Shown here in pieces: positions 7,611 through 17,499 of a stretch of 64,000 bases of DNA. Numbering within the stretch: the stretch's first letter is position 1; each line of letters begins with the position of its first letter. Position numbers and translations under genes: made by a program. This DNA is from a virus. Its lineage: Duplodnaviria > Caudoviricetes. The notes below the pieces were generated by a model. The model did not search any database. It was not told the origin of the DNA and saw only the letters and a program-made list of their open reading frames with translations. The stretch lies in the IMG/VR virus record IMGVR_UViG_3300028549_000507, positions 64,001-128,000 of that record; one strand, 5' to 3'.

Positions 7611-10310
7611 TTAGTTCTTTTCTTTCCAATAATATTGATGATATGAACCTCCATTAAGATTCATCTCAATACTCTCAGCAGTCTTTTTAACAGCAACTTC
7701 ATCGGTTACATCTAAGTCGAAAAAGTTAGGATCAGATTCTTCTAATAACTTCTTTACCACATCTTTATGATATTCCATTATATCAAACTCACCTAAATCG
7801 ACGCCATTATCTTTAAGGAAATCTACAACTTTAGAGAAGTCAATCTTCGCAGTTATTATAGATATAGCCTTTGACATAAGATCATTATAAGTAATGAGTT
7901 CTGTTAGATTCTTTTTACCTATAGCAATCTCTTTTATAATATCCTCTATCAGTAATAGCATTTGTTTATTTAATTCAGATAGAGTTAATTTATAGTTAGT
8001 ATTTTCAGATTTAACTATAGCATCTGCTATGAGTTTATCGATATCTATATCTTTAAGGGAAATTAATCCTTTTTCATCAATGATTTTATTAAGATCATTT
8101 AATGTAATAAATATAGAAGTATCAATCTCTTTTCCGATAACCACATATCCAGTAGAATCTTTTACTTCTGCATCCTTTTTAAGAGTAGCCCAGTCTGTAA
8201 GTGATTCTAATGTAATAAGTCCTTTATTGAAACGAACTAACAAATCTTCCATATTCTCCATCATAATTTTCATTTTATTGATATTTGATAGATAATCATC
8301 GACAATCGAGGATATATCATTAAGAATAGGATCATCTTTTAAAGTATTCATTAATTCTGTTATATATTGGTTAAATGTTTTATTTACCAAGATATTAATA
8401 TCATTCTTTATATTATTGAGAGCAACTTCAAGAAGATAATTAAAATTCACATTATCAATTGTCTTTATATTATTTGTAATAATATAGTTATTCACTATAA
8501 CTTGAGCAGTGTTTCCAGAAGGATCATTTGGATCTACAACAAATGTGCCATCTTTAATATCTCCAATAACATTCTTTATTATAGTTATTAGATCATAAGA
8601 TATAAACTCTTGAAATTTAGTATCTATGAATATAGCGATATCCTTAAAAATATCTTTTATAATATTCTGTATTTCGGCATCTGTAAGACCATTTGTAGTA
8701 TTTACAGTTATATTTGTTATATGCTGGTTTATCCAAAATAGAATAAGAGTTGCGGCAGTGGTGTCTTTACTCGGATCATTACTCTTAATTTCGCCAGCCT
8801 CATCCTTATTTATAATAGCTTTAACCTCTTCGGATGTAGTATCTTTTATTGTATCAGCAGTTTTCTTACCATCTTCGACAGGTTTAACTGCGTTAACAAC
8901 TTCCTCATACATCTGTGGTTCGGTAATTATAACCATATCTAAAAGAGGAAACATATACTTAATCTTAGCAGGATCAAACAGGAAGTCCTGAATTTCCAAT
9001 GTATATTTATATGCAGATTCCCACATCTCTTTAAGCTTATCAAACTTCAATATATCAGTAGATGGCATAAATTTACCAAGTTCAGCATCAAGTTTTTTTC
9101 CAAGATTAGTCATTATCTTATATTTTAATCTATCTGCTAGTTTTGGATTATATATTGCATCTTGTTTTGGAACATTTTCATACATATAAACATATAGTCT
9201 TTTTATGTTTAAGTTCCTAGGATCTATATATGTAAATTTATCTTTAATGTCATCAAAGAGTCCACCAACTTTTTTACCAATTTTAGATCTTTTAAATCTT
9301 GAGGATTTCATTGTAAATCCATCAAGGATCTTAGCACCAATACCAGTAGCAGTTATAGGATTGCCATTAGCATCTAATTCGGGCTTATATATCGGAGCTA
9401 TAGCATCAATTTCACTACCGAGGATAGCAAAACGTCCACCAAATTCTTTATCATTTATACCGAATACAGAAGGTTTAACATCTGCTTTTTTTAGTAGCCC
9501 TGAGAATACTTCTTCATCAACGTCAGTATAACTATTCAAAACTAATAATTTAATCAGTTGAACCATGTTACCTTTTACTTCCCTACACATACTCTTCATA
9601 CCAGAAACAACCTCTGACGGTTGGGATTCATCTAATGACAATGACTTACACTCATTGTATATATCAGAATATTTACCTACAACATATTCTACATTTTTAT
9701 AACATCCGAACTGTGCAGATATCACTCCATCTGAATGATATAAGTCCGATCTTAGTCCACTATACTCGATTTCCCAAAGATTATTCCACCATTTAAGAGT
9801 GTGAGATAATCCTCTACTAACTATTAGTTTTCGTATATAGTTATTATCATGCTCAAGATCCGCCCCTGTTATATCAAATGCCAACAGAGATGCAGTATAT
9901 ACTATGTCTGGTATAAATATTCTACTTAAGAGTGCTCCAATTAGATCATCAAGCAGTCCTCCGGCGATATTCTCAAGAGCACCCAATGCTCCAGTTAATT
10001 TATCTACACCAAGTTTCTTGAGTTTAGAACTATCTACTTTGATGGAATCCGCAAGTTTACCTTTAACATCAGCTAAACTTGGCATTCCGCCCTTTATATC
10101 TCCGAGAACCCCAGCAATTTTACCTATACTTAGCTTAGATTTACCAGATATCAACGTGCCAGATTTTATAGTATCAGAATGAGTCTTCATGCTTTGTTTG
10201 AATTTTACTAAACTCTTTCGAAACTCACTCTTGTCATCACCGGTTTTTTTATCGTACGTTCCCTTTTCGCCTTCAAAGGCGGAATTTATTAATGGCGTTG
10301 GTTCACTCAC
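7611..10310 (-). CDS. Large hypothetical protein, probably virion-associated
   Basis: 899-aa ORF, GTG start with GGAGG SD, late-type motif at 10335-10346; no recognisable catalytic motif. Confidence 0.75.
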   Translation of the reverse strand: MSEPTPLINSAFEGEKGTYDKKTGDDKSEFRKSLVKFKQSMKTHSDTIKSGTLISGKSKLSIGKIAGVLGDIKGGMPSLADVKGKLADSIKVDSSKLKKLGVDKLTGALGALENIAGGLLDDLIGALLSRIFIPDIVYTASLLAFDITGADLEHDNNYIRKLIVSRGLSHTLKWWNNLWEIEYSGLRSDLYHSDGVISAQFGCYKNVEYVVGKYSDIYNECKSLSLDESQPSEVVSGMKSMCREVKGNMVQLIKLLVLNSYTDVDEEVFSGLLKKADVKPSVFGINDKEFGGRFAILGSEIDAIAPIYKPELDANGNPITATGIGAKILDGFTMKSSRFKRSKIGKKVGGLFDDIKDKFTYIDPRNLNIKRLYVYMYENVPKQDAIYNPKLADRLKYKIMTNLGKKLDAELGKFMPSTDILKFDKLKEMWESAYKYTLEIQDFLFDPAKIKYMFPLLDMVIITEPQMYEEVVNAVKPVEDGKKTADTIKDTTSEEVKAIINKDEAGEIKSNDPSKDTTAATLILFWINQHITNITVNTTNGLTDAEIQNIIKDIFKDIAIFIDTKFQEFISYDLITIIKNVIGDIKDGTFVVDPNDPSGNTAQVIVNNYIITNNIKTIDNVNFNYLLEVALNNIKNDINILVNKTFNQYITELMNTLKDDPILNDISSIVDDYLSNINKMKIMMENMEDLLVRFNKGLITLESLTDWATLKKDAEVKDSTGYVVIGKEIDTSIFITLNDLNKIIDEKGLISLKDIDIDKLIADAIVKSENTNYKLTLSELNKQMLLLIEDIIKEIAIGKKNLTELITYNDLMSKAISIITAKIDFSKVVDFLKDNGVDLGEFDIMEYHKDVVKKLLEESDPNFFDLDVTDEVAVKKTAESIEMNLNGGSYHQYYWKEKN

Positions 10311-10334
10311 ATTACCCTCCAGTTATTTATATCA

Positions 10335-10380
10335 CATTAAGATGTTTTAAGAAAAAAAAGAGGCATTATAGCCTCTTTTT
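10335..10380 (-). promoter_or_regulatory. Terminator (10352-10380) followed by late-type promoter (10335-10346)
   Basis: AAAAAGAGGC-ATTATA-GCCTCTTTTT hairpin; AACA TCTTAA TG. Confidence 0.7.
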
Positions 10381-10963
10381 AATCCAGATCTTTAGCTTCA
10401 AAGTTCAATTGAACTTTGATAATGATATGGATTAATTCCAGAATACCAATAACGTAGTAAGCACTTCTCCAATCAAGAGTCAATGCTAATACTACACTAA
10501 ATCCAACCCCAGCAAGTCCACAGATAGCCTTTACGCTATTACGGATCCCGCGATACTTTTTCGCATCTTTAGGAGTCGAATTTCTAGTTAATACATCTCT
10601 AAGCCATTCATCATAACTTAGCCTTGTTAAAGCCGACAATGCAAATAACATTGTCAGCGTTATGGCGAATACCTTTGGATCATTTGATCCGAAGAAGCAC
10701 CATAGAAAAGCTAATATGTGAAAAGTCCAACCTAGCTTTTCCGATATTCTGTGCGGTAACATGACCGCAACTCCATCGAATAATGGGAATATTCTTCCCA
10801 TCGATGATATGAGCCCAATAGCCTCGGGATTCAATAATCCCAATACCATTGCAGATATTGTACTGGCACTACCGCCAGTCAATGCATTGGAACTATCCCT
10901 AAGGATAGTTTTAAGTCTCAACGACTTAACCTTATCTTCTGGAATTTTTATAAATTCATGCAT
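10379..10963 (-). CDS. Multi-pass membrane protein
   Basis: Several hydrophobic helices; early motif at 11002-11017 (TATATAT ATAGTAG TG). Confidence 0.75.
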   Translation of the reverse strand: MHEFIKIPEDKVKSLRLKTILRDSSNALTGGSASTISAMVLGLLNPEAIGLISSMGRIFPLFDGVAVMLPHRISEKLGWTFHILAFLWCFFGSNDPKVFAITLTMLFALSALTRLSYDEWLRDVLTRNSTPKDAKKYRGIRNSVKAICGLAGVGFSVVLALTLDWRSAYYVIGILELIHIIIKVQLNFEAKDLD

Positions 10964-11038
10964 AAATCCTCCTATAAATTATACGCATTCTTTATTTTCA
11001 TCACTACTATATATATAATTAAATTATACACTATATAC

Positions 11039-11070
11039 AAAAAAAAGAGGTAATAATCCCTCTTTTTTTT
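11039..11070 (-). terminator. Intrinsic terminator at the end of the 15782-11072 accessory operon
   Basis: A-run, AGAGG-loop-CCTCT, T-run. Confidence 0.7.
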
Positions 11071-11071
11071 A

Positions 11072-11704
11072 TTAACCATCCTCTTTTGAAAGTTCATATT
11101 GTTTAGTAACCTCATACAAATTTGAATTTGGATCTTTTGTTTCCAAATCATGTACCAGTAGCGATAACACATGCTTGCGCACATGAGATATATCTGGTCG
11201 TAATATTTCCTTCTTTGCAAATTGTAAATTACGAGCAACCTTAACCTTTTCGGCAAAATCTCTAGCTGCAATGAATGCTACAACTAATCGTCTAAATGCT
11301 ACATCGCCGACACCTTCTGTGCCGAGTTCAATAATTTTAGACACAACTCCAGACGAAATTGCATGAAAACCATCACTCATATCGGAATAATTTGCCGCAT
11401 ATGACAATTCGCTAGAGTTAATAGTTCTAACTGAACAAGTGTCTCTGAGAACGATCCAAAGTCTATCATCAATATTTTCAAAGATATTGATGATATTTGA
11501 CATAGTTCGTCGATTCATGAAGATGTCAAATGTATCAATATCCATCATATACGTTGGAAGATATTTTTTAGTTACATGGAAATTTAAGACTTTATCTTCA
11601 TCTTCACAATATCTGATACGAATGAAAGGTTTGTCATCGATATTCGTGAAATCTTGAGGAATGTGTTCCTCAAGAATTTCAAATGTTTTTGGTTTTGGTT
11701 TCAC
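11072..11704 (-). CDS. Hypothetical protein
   Basis: 210-aa ORF in operon. Confidence 0.75.
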   Translation of the reverse strand: MKPKPKTFEILEEHIPQDFTNIDDKPFIRIRYCEDEDKVLNFHVTKKYLPTYMMDIDTFDIFMNRRTMSNIINIFENIDDRLWIVLRDTCSVRTINSSELSYAANYSDMSDGFHAISSGVVSKIIELGTEGVGDVAFRRLVVAFIAARDFAEKVKVARNLQFAKKEILRPDISHVRKHVLSLLVHDLETKDPNSNLYEVTKQYELSKEDG

Positions 11705-11891
11705 ATTGTCCTTCTTTCTGCAAAGTATTGTATACTCCTATACATTTTTGACACACATTACCGTGATTATACTCATGCAACGATTCGAATTCTTCAATTT
11801 CCATAATTCCGTCACCATATGATCGTACAACAACTGGAGATACTCCACATAGTTTGTCAAAAGTATCAACTCTAACCAAGTGCTTTTTCAT
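11679..11891 (-). CDS. Small hypothetical protein (CxxC)
   Basis: ORF, VCQKC. Confidence 0.6.
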   Translation of the reverse strand: MKKHLVRVDTFDKLCGVSPVVVRSYGDGIMEIEEFESLHEYNHGNVCQKCIGVYNTLQKEGQCETKTKNI

Positions 11892-11902
11892 AATACCCTA
11901 TT

Positions 11903-12232
11903 TCAATGAATATTGTCATTTTTAGATTTATAATGCTCACAGTTTTTGTAACATCTACCTTGGCTAACAACACGACATCCCCAAGGATATTCTACATTAT
12001 CAATCGTAACAGTATGATTACAATGTATACAATCAATCTGACACAATGTTGGTTTCAAATCAACTTCAAAACTTTTGAGTATAGATTTTCTAGAAACAGA
12101 TGATCTTTTAGATACCTTTTTAATAATATCTTTAAGATCTTCTACTAGGTATGCTGGAAATACCTTAGGGTAGTTCTTCTTAAGTACTGATCCCATTAGT
12201 AGAGACATAAACGACATTTCAGGACTCATCAT
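11903..12232 (-). CDS. Hypothetical protein with Cys-rich C-terminus (possible Zn binding)
   Basis: CQIDCIHC...WGC...CYKNCEHY. Confidence 0.7.
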   Translation of the reverse strand: MMSPEMSFMSLLMGSVLKKNYPKVFPAYLVEDLKDIIKKVSKRSSVSRKSILKSFEVDLKPTLCQIDCIHCNHTVTIDNVEYPWGCRVVSQGRCYKNCEHYKSKNDNIH

Positions 12233-12238
12233 TTTAAA

Positions 12239-12607
12239 TTACTCCAAATCTTCCGATGCTAGTTTGAAAGATGGATATCGATCCACGAATATATTGTAAG
12301 CTATATTAAAGAATTTGTTAACCGTAATAAGGAATCCTTCTTCTTTAATATTCCATCCTTCTGGAGCGTTCTCGCACATAGATTTCCATTTCTTATGGAA
12401 TTCCATAGTTCTCGATACACACTTCTCAATAGTATGAGATTGTACTGTATGAGAAACTCTACCCTGCGGCAGGTGTAGTCCGTTCTTATACTCATTGAAA
12501 AACTCGACCAACAAAGGTGCTAATACATTATTAAAAGATTCATTATATTTAAAACTTTTAGGATCATGGATCTTAAGATACTTTTCAATATATTCTTTAG
12601 CTTTCAT
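12239..12607 (-). CDS. Hypothetical protein
   Basis: ORF with GGAG SD. Confidence 0.7.
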   Translation of the reverse strand: MKAKEYIEKYLKIHDPKSFKYNESFNNVLAPLLVEFFNEYKNGLHLPQGRVSHTVQSHTIEKCVSRTMEFHKKWKSMCENAPEGWNIKEEGFLITVNKFFNIAYNIFVDRYPSFKLASEDLE

Positions 12608-12628
12608 TTAGTTTCTCCATTTTGTTAT

Positions 12629-12901
12629 TTAAATATAATATCTTGAGAATTCGATATCGATTGTAGTTAGAGCTAGTTTTGCTATATCATTACAGTCCGA
12701 AAGAGCATACGCAACATCGATTGCAGAAAGCCATTTTTCAATACTGTCATGTATTTCAGTTATGGATTTAAGAGCATAATTTTTAATTTTATCCTCAATG
12801 ATATGTGATGCTTCATGATCTCTACGAGATGAGCTAATCCTAAGATTTTCAATCATCTTGTTTAGTTCTAGTTCGGTAAGTTTCCCTATTTTAGTTTCCA
12901 T
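12629..12901 (-). CDS. Hypothetical protein
   Basis: ORF with GAGGG SD. Confidence 0.7.
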   Translation of the reverse strand: METKIGKLTELELNKMIENLRISSSRRDHEASHIIEDKIKNYALKSITEIHDSIEKWLSAIDVAYALSDCNDIAKLALTTIDIEFSRYYI

Positions 12902-12916
12902 TTTGTATACCCTCTT

Positions 12917-13295
12917 TCAAACTTTATATACATGTTCGAACCATACTTTAGTTGCGTCATCAACAATTCCGTTATAATTTATAGTAATCTCTTCCCCACG
13001 TTTAATATGACGTATTGACTCTAAAATAATCGTTTTAGAGTCAATACATCTATGATATTTTGCATTTGGTTTATATGAATGATTATATATTGATCCATAA
13101 CCCAATGCAATTGCTGACTGTTTTTCTTCCCAATTGAAATAGTAATTATATAAATAAGTTTTATCTATTTTTTTTAGTATCTTTCTCGTTTAAAATAATG
13201 ACAGGACAAATTTCAATAATTTCATTTTCTTTAATATCCGTCAGCGAGAATACCCCATTTCCATGAAGTGGGGATTTTCTAATTTCAATATTCAT
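12917..13295 (-). pseudogene. SET-domain protein-lysine methyltransferase split by a +1 base in an A8 tract
   Basis: 5' part MNIEIRKSPLHGNGVFSLTDIKENEIIEICPV; A8 at 13168-13175; removing one A restores ...DTKKIDKTYLYNYYFNW...LGYGSIYNHSYKPNA...GEEITINY. Span 379 nt = 126x3+1. Confidence 0.85.
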
Positions 13296-13309
13296 TAAAC
13301 ATTGATTGT

Positions 13310-13540
13310 TCATGAGTGAGCTCCTCCAAATAATATTTTCATAGATGTTGGAACTTCAGTTCCTGTTAAATCGGATCTCACCAACGTTCTTGCACGACCT
13401 TCGTCAGGAGCACATACCATTGCAAATTTCCCAGCTTCATAACCGCCTTCAGGTGTCTCGGTTCCACGATGACTTCCACGTCTTACCAAACCTTTCAGTT
13501 TTTCTTTTTGTTCGGTGAGATTTCTGTTATGTTCATCCAT
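13310..13540 (-). CDS. Small hypothetical protein
   Basis: Start MDEHNR at 13540 with GGGAGG SD. Confidence 0.6.
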   Translation of the reverse strand: MDEHNRNLTEQKEKLKGLVRRGSHRGTETPEGGYEAGKFAMVCAPDEGRARTLVRSDLTGTEVPTSMKILFGGAHS

Positions 13541-13562
13541 ACGCTTAACCCTCCCAGGTCTT

Positions 13563-14039
13563 TTATTTATAAAGTACATTAACAAGTTTCTTATCATCAC
13601 CGACGATAGGAATTGTTATTTGATAGGGTGAAGTTGTTCCAACAACTTCCCTAGATTGTGTCATCATCGAGTATGGTTTCTTCCCTGTTATGAGGAATTT
13701 TGACAAGAAAGATTTAAACTTAACTCTCTTAAATATCTTTGATTCACACGGACTATTTGTTGACGCTAAACTGTAAAACTCATTGACGGTATTCTTCATA
13801 CTCACAATTTGTTTTTGAAATTGTGTTGTATCAATACCATGAGAATTCAACTTAATGATTCTAGACTTTACAACACGGCGTTTCAAGTAATAGAATGCTG
13901 ACAAATCTTTAACATTTGTCATATCAATGAATTTCTCAATGATATCTATTGCCGTAACGATCGTATTAAATCTGTAAGTTTCGAAACGATTTTTACACAT
14001 CGCAATGTTTACAATCTTTTTAGCTACGCGTTTATTCAT
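13563..14039 (-). CDS. Basic hypothetical protein
   Basis: ORF with AGGA SD. Confidence 0.7.
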   Translation of the reverse strand: MNKRVAKKIVNIAMCKNRFETYRFNTIVTAIDIIEKFIDMTNVKDLSAFYYLKRRVVKSRIIKLNSHGIDTTQFQKQIVSMKNTVNEFYSLASTNSPCESKIFKRVKFKSFLSKFLITGKKPYSMMTQSREVVGTTSPYQITIPIVGDDKKLVNVLYK

Positions 14040-14054
14040 TTGTAATCCTCATCC

Positions 14055-14468
14055 TTATTTAAAATGGTTTCCTGAAGATTGTTCAGTTTCTATAACCAAC
14101 ACTTCTTCAACAATATATCTATCATTGAAGTCCGGCATATCTCTATACAATGCTTCTACATAGTCGTCGTAAATTTGAAATTTACATACGCGTTCATATT
14201 CTTTACAATTATCCCACTCAGTTTTACGATCCCGTAATATCGCTACTGCTGTATCATGAGTGATTGAGATATCCTGTTTAGCGTGCTCCAGTATAACATC
14301 ATTGATCAATTCGTTAATGTAAGATGTATAGTTCTCTCTAAACATCTTACATTTTGTCACCGTTACTGTAGGATCATACATTTCAGTTTGTTTATTCATA
14401 ACCATCACATTAATTGTATTTTTCTGCGATAGTTGAAACATTTTATTTACAAGATCGAGCTTTTTCAT
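14055..14468 (-). CDS. Hypothetical protein
   Basis: ORF in operon. Confidence 0.7.
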   Translation of the reverse strand: MKKLDLVNKMFQLSQKNTINVMVMNKQTEMYDPTVTVTKCKMFRENYTSYINELINDVILEHAKQDISITHDTAVAILRDRKTEWDNCKEYERVCKFQIYDDYVEALYRDMPDFNDRYIVEEVLVIETEQSSGNHFK

Positions 14469-14947
14469 TATACAATCCTTTGATTAATCTTCTTTCTTAT
14501 GGTAGGTATATCTTTTGGGTCTCCCAAAAATGCCCCAACAGAATGGAAACAAAGAACGTCTACAGAAACGTTTCGACGTTCAGTTTCATTATTGATCATT
14601 TTATTAATTAATTCAATGCCGGTATTTGACACACACGCCGTAATTACTCTGGATTGTAATCCCAATGTATCTACCCTACTTTTTGTTATAGAATCATTCC
14701 ATAGCATGTCTAGCCATCGTTCAGTGAGACACCCGCTGTGTAGTTCATAACCACGATTAAAAGTTCTGTAATAATCGACGATTCTATCGATATCCTTTAT
14801 GTTTACAAAGCGAAATTGTGCCCCCCAAGTTCCATGGTTTCCGGAATAGTAATCTAGAAGACCTCCACAAGTATTTCTATCCAACCAACATGGTGCATAG
14901 AACTCTCCGTTGAATTCTCTAACTAACGGATCAGTTTTCGCAATCAC
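14468..14947 (-). CDS. Hypothetical protein
   Basis: ORF with GGGAGG SD; stop overlaps the next start. Confidence 0.7.
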   Translation of the reverse strand: MIAKTDPLVREFNGEFYAPCWLDRNTCGGLLDYYSGNHGTWGAQFRFVNIKDIDRIVDYYRTFNRGYELHSGCLTERWLDMLWNDSITKSRVDTLGLQSRVITACVSNTGIELINKMINNETERRNVSVDVLCFHSVGAFLGDPKDIPTIRKKINQRIV

Positions 14948-14972
14948 GATAACCTCCCGGTTATTTTATCAA

Positions 14973-15203
14973 TTACCATACATTCGCCATATTAAATGGT
15001 GTAACCTTTAGCGTGTCCCCAATATTTCCAAGATTTGTTTTGGATGTAAATCTATACCCCTGTATACCGTCTGTTGTAGATATAACTTCGTAAACGGTTT
15101 GTTTACCGTTTATACTGACTATAACACACGTTTGAAGTTTATGGGTTGCATTTCCACATGATGTTATTAGAATGGATAAAATTAATATCAATTTACTCTT
15201 CAT
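14973..15203 (-). CDS. Small putative lipoprotein
   Basis: MKSKLILILSILITSC, lipobox-like. Confidence 0.65.
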   Translation of the reverse strand: MKSKLILILSILITSCGNATHKLQTCVIVSINGKQTVYEVISTTDGIQGYRFTSKTNLGNIGDTLKVTPFNMANVW

Positions 15204-15221
15204 GATTTTTCTCCTTAATAA

Positions 15222-15371
15222 TTACTCTATAATTAATTCATCGAGGTTTCCTACAATGAGTTCACTAGGTTCATAACTAAAATCGATATATTCAATCTGC
15301 ATTGTATCGGGATCAAACCCTTCGTCCACAAACATTTGGTCGATTTTAGCTTTTATTTCTGTCCAAGTCAT
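15222..15371 (-). CDS. Small acidic 49-aa protein (MTWTEIKAKIDQMF...)
   Basis: Hand-translated, AGGAG SD. Confidence 0.65.
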   Translation of the reverse strand: MTWTEIKAKIDQMFVDEGFDPDTMQIEYIDFSYEPSELIVGNLDELIIE

Positions 15372-15389
15372 GATTTTTCTCCTCGATAA

Positions 15390-15575
15390 TTACTTAAAGT
15401 TTGGCAGTGTAGCCGAATCGAGAGATACATTATCCCCAAAACGATGGTTCACTAAATAATAATTCCCATTCTCATCTTTTAGATATTTACCGTCTAACTT
15501 TTCCGGAATTCCGTCTGTTGAGCAACCGATTAAAAACACACATAGAAATGGTAACATCTTTTTCATATTTTTCAT
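15390..15575 (-). CDS. Small putative lipoprotein
   Basis: MKKMLPFLCVFLIGC, lipobox-like. Confidence 0.65.
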   Translation of the reverse strand: MKNMKKMLPFLCVFLIGCSTDGIPEKLDGKYLKDENGNYYLVNHRFGDNVSLDSATLPNFK

Positions 15576-15782
15576 TTATCCAACCGTTTCCGTCGGGGCG
15601 TTTTGTTTATTAAACTCTTGAAAGGCCGCCTCAAGGTGTTCACAATCGTACACAGGTTCATCACTCTCTCCAATTGAGAAATACCATGAGTCTGCTCCAT
15701 ACCTATAATAAGTTCCTTCATCGGTATACATAGCAAAACATTCTAATACCGAAACACGTTCTACTTTCATAAAATCCTCCAT
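15576..15782 (-). CDS. Small hypothetical protein
   Basis: First ORF after early motif 15799-15814. Confidence 0.65.
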   Translation of the reverse strand: MEDFMKVERVSVLECFAMYTDEGTYYRYGADSWYFSIGESDEPVYDCEHLEAAFQEFNKQNAPTETVG

Positions 15783-15798
15783 TAGATTAGTTATCTCA

Positions 15799-15863
15799 TA
15801 CTTCTTAATATATACTCAATATGTTAATTTAAAAAAAAAAAGAAGAGGGATTAATCCCTCTTC
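15799..15863 (-). promoter_or_regulatory. Terminator (15832-15863) followed by early-type promoter (15799-15814)
   Basis: GAAGAGGGA-TTAA-TCCCTCTTC hairpin with T-run; TATATAT TAAGAAG TA. Confidence 0.7.
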
Positions 15864-15940
15864 AATATATATCCTAGAAACAAATACGTTTCATTGCAAC
15901 CATCCCATATGGAAACTTTATTATTATCCACGATAATCTC

Positions 15941-16030
15941 CTACTTAAATTTAAATCCCACAATACAGTTTGGTGCTACATAATATACTACAAGAATCAC
16001 TATTAATGTCATCGAGATTCCTTCAACCAT
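15941..16030 (-). CDS. 29-aa hydrophobic micro-ORF MVEGISMTLIVILVVYYVAPNCIVGFKFK
   Basis: AGGAGG SD; single transmembrane-like segment. Confidence 0.5.
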   Translation of the reverse strand: MVEGISMTLIVILVVYYVAPNCIVGFKFK

Positions 16031-16050
16031 TTCATTCCTCCTAGATTTTC

Positions 16051-16089
16051 AAAAAATAAAAATACTTGGAGCATAATTGCTCCAAGTAT
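16051..16089 (-). terminator. Intrinsic terminator
   Basis: ATACTTGGAGCA-TAAT-TGCTCCAAGTAT 12-bp stem with T-rich tail on the minus strand. Confidence 0.75.
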
Positions 16090-16095
16090 AATCGT

Positions 16096-16929
16096 TTAAA
16101 CAAAGTCCATTTCATCAAATACAGTATTGGTATGCTGTACTGATTCATACTCTTTCATTATCCCTGTTTTATGAGCTGTTTCTAACTCTTCAACATCATC
16201 CACACCACCAGAAAGATCCAGTCGTGATACGGAATTTGAATAATTTTTCATAGCTTCCTCAACTTCAATATCGATTCTCTTTATACATTTTTCAACGTAC
16301 TTATAAAGTTTCTCAAAGTTAAGGTTCTTATCAACCATCAATGATACTTTAGAAAGCGTATTTAGCATAGCCATCAACATCGCTTTAATATCATTCTTAT
16401 CATAATCAACACCTTGACCCAGTACTTCCAGATCTCCATTTGCACGACAACATTCAGAATCACCTCTCAACCAATATTCATAGATAACTCCATTGAATGT
16501 AGCTGGTAGAAGGTCTTCTTGTGTTGGTCCGCGTTTAACTAGTGAGACTATATCAATAAGTCTTCCACTAGAATCATACTCATTTTCATCATCCTCATCT
16601 CTAAAGTAATCACTTAGAGTAGAAGTTAGAAATTTCGATAAGATGAGTAGATGCTCTTTATTTCTAAATGGATTGAATGGTACAAGGATTGGGCTATCCT
16701 TTGTATCAAAATAGTCTTTTCCCGAATCCGGGACATAAAGGTGTTTTCCTGAGAGCGTGATTCCAATCGTATCTCCAATTTTCTGAATAATTCCATCATT
16801 GTTTACATGGAATCCTACATAATTCAAAATCGGACCAATTACAACATTCATCATTGTTCTGTAATCTGTATCATTAATCGACATTATCGGACTCCTTCTT
16901 TCGTTTAAAAATGTCAAGGGTGTAATCAT
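16096..16929 (-). CDS. Hypothetical protein
   Basis: ORF; real start probably MSIND within it. Confidence 0.7.
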   Translation of the reverse strand: MITPLTFLNERRSPIMSINDTDYRTMMNVVIGPILNYVGFHVNNDGIIQKIGDTIGITLSGKHLYVPDSGKDYFDTKDSPILVPFNPFRNKEHLLILSKFLTSTLSDYFRDEDDENEYDSSGRLIDIVSLVKRGPTQEDLLPATFNGVIYEYWLRGDSECCRANGDLEVLGQGVDYDKNDIKAMLMAMLNTLSKVSLMVDKNLNFEKLYKYVEKCIKRIDIEVEEAMKNYSNSVSRLDLSGGVDDVEELETAHKTGIMKEYESVQHTNTVFDEMDFV

Positions 16930-17437
16930 ACTCTAGAAGATCTAGTATGAATTTAAACTTCCCCCAACTTAATGCATTCTTTTTATATAACATATTCCGA
17001 TCATTATTCATCGCAATCTTTTCATGATTAGAATATAGTCGTTTGAAACCGCCAACAGTAGTTTCCTCCTGTATTAATATCGATTTCATTATAGCCATGA
17101 GATCCTCATCTTTAGGAGTTATCTCTAGTCGAAGCGGTTGATCATCTCCCTCAGATTGTACATCAGGAAGTCTAACGCTTTTGAAGCTATCTGACACAGC
17201 TCCTAATCCCTTACTCATCCGCCGTCTCATTACAAGTTCTGGAGTATTGCGATATACTGTTCCATTCACTATGTAGATGCAGATTATATTAGGCACTTCT
17301 TCATGCGTATGGTATATACCTATAAATATATAGTATATACCATTTATGATGATCTTTTGGTATCGCTTCGTGATGTGCGAGGTTCCAAATAAATTCATCA
17401 CATAATTATGTATTCCAACATTATCCCTATCGCTCAT
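16874..17437 (-). CDS. Hypothetical protein, possible C-terminal helical DNA-binding domain
   Basis: ORF; overlapping early and late motifs at 17477-17496. Confidence 0.6.
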   Translation of the reverse strand: MSDRDNVGIHNYVMNLFGTSHITKRYQKIIINGIYYIFIGIYHTHEEVPNIICIYIVNGTVYRNTPELVMRRRMSKGLGAVSDSFKSVRLPDVQSEGDDQPLRLEITPKDEDLMAIMKSILIQEETTVGGFKRLYSNHEKIAMNNDRNMLYKKNALSWGKFKFILDLLEYDYTLDIFKRKKESDNVD

Positions 17438-17499
17438 AACGGATCCCTTTCATCATGAATATTTTAAACATTCGTTCAAAATGATATATATATGTTAAT

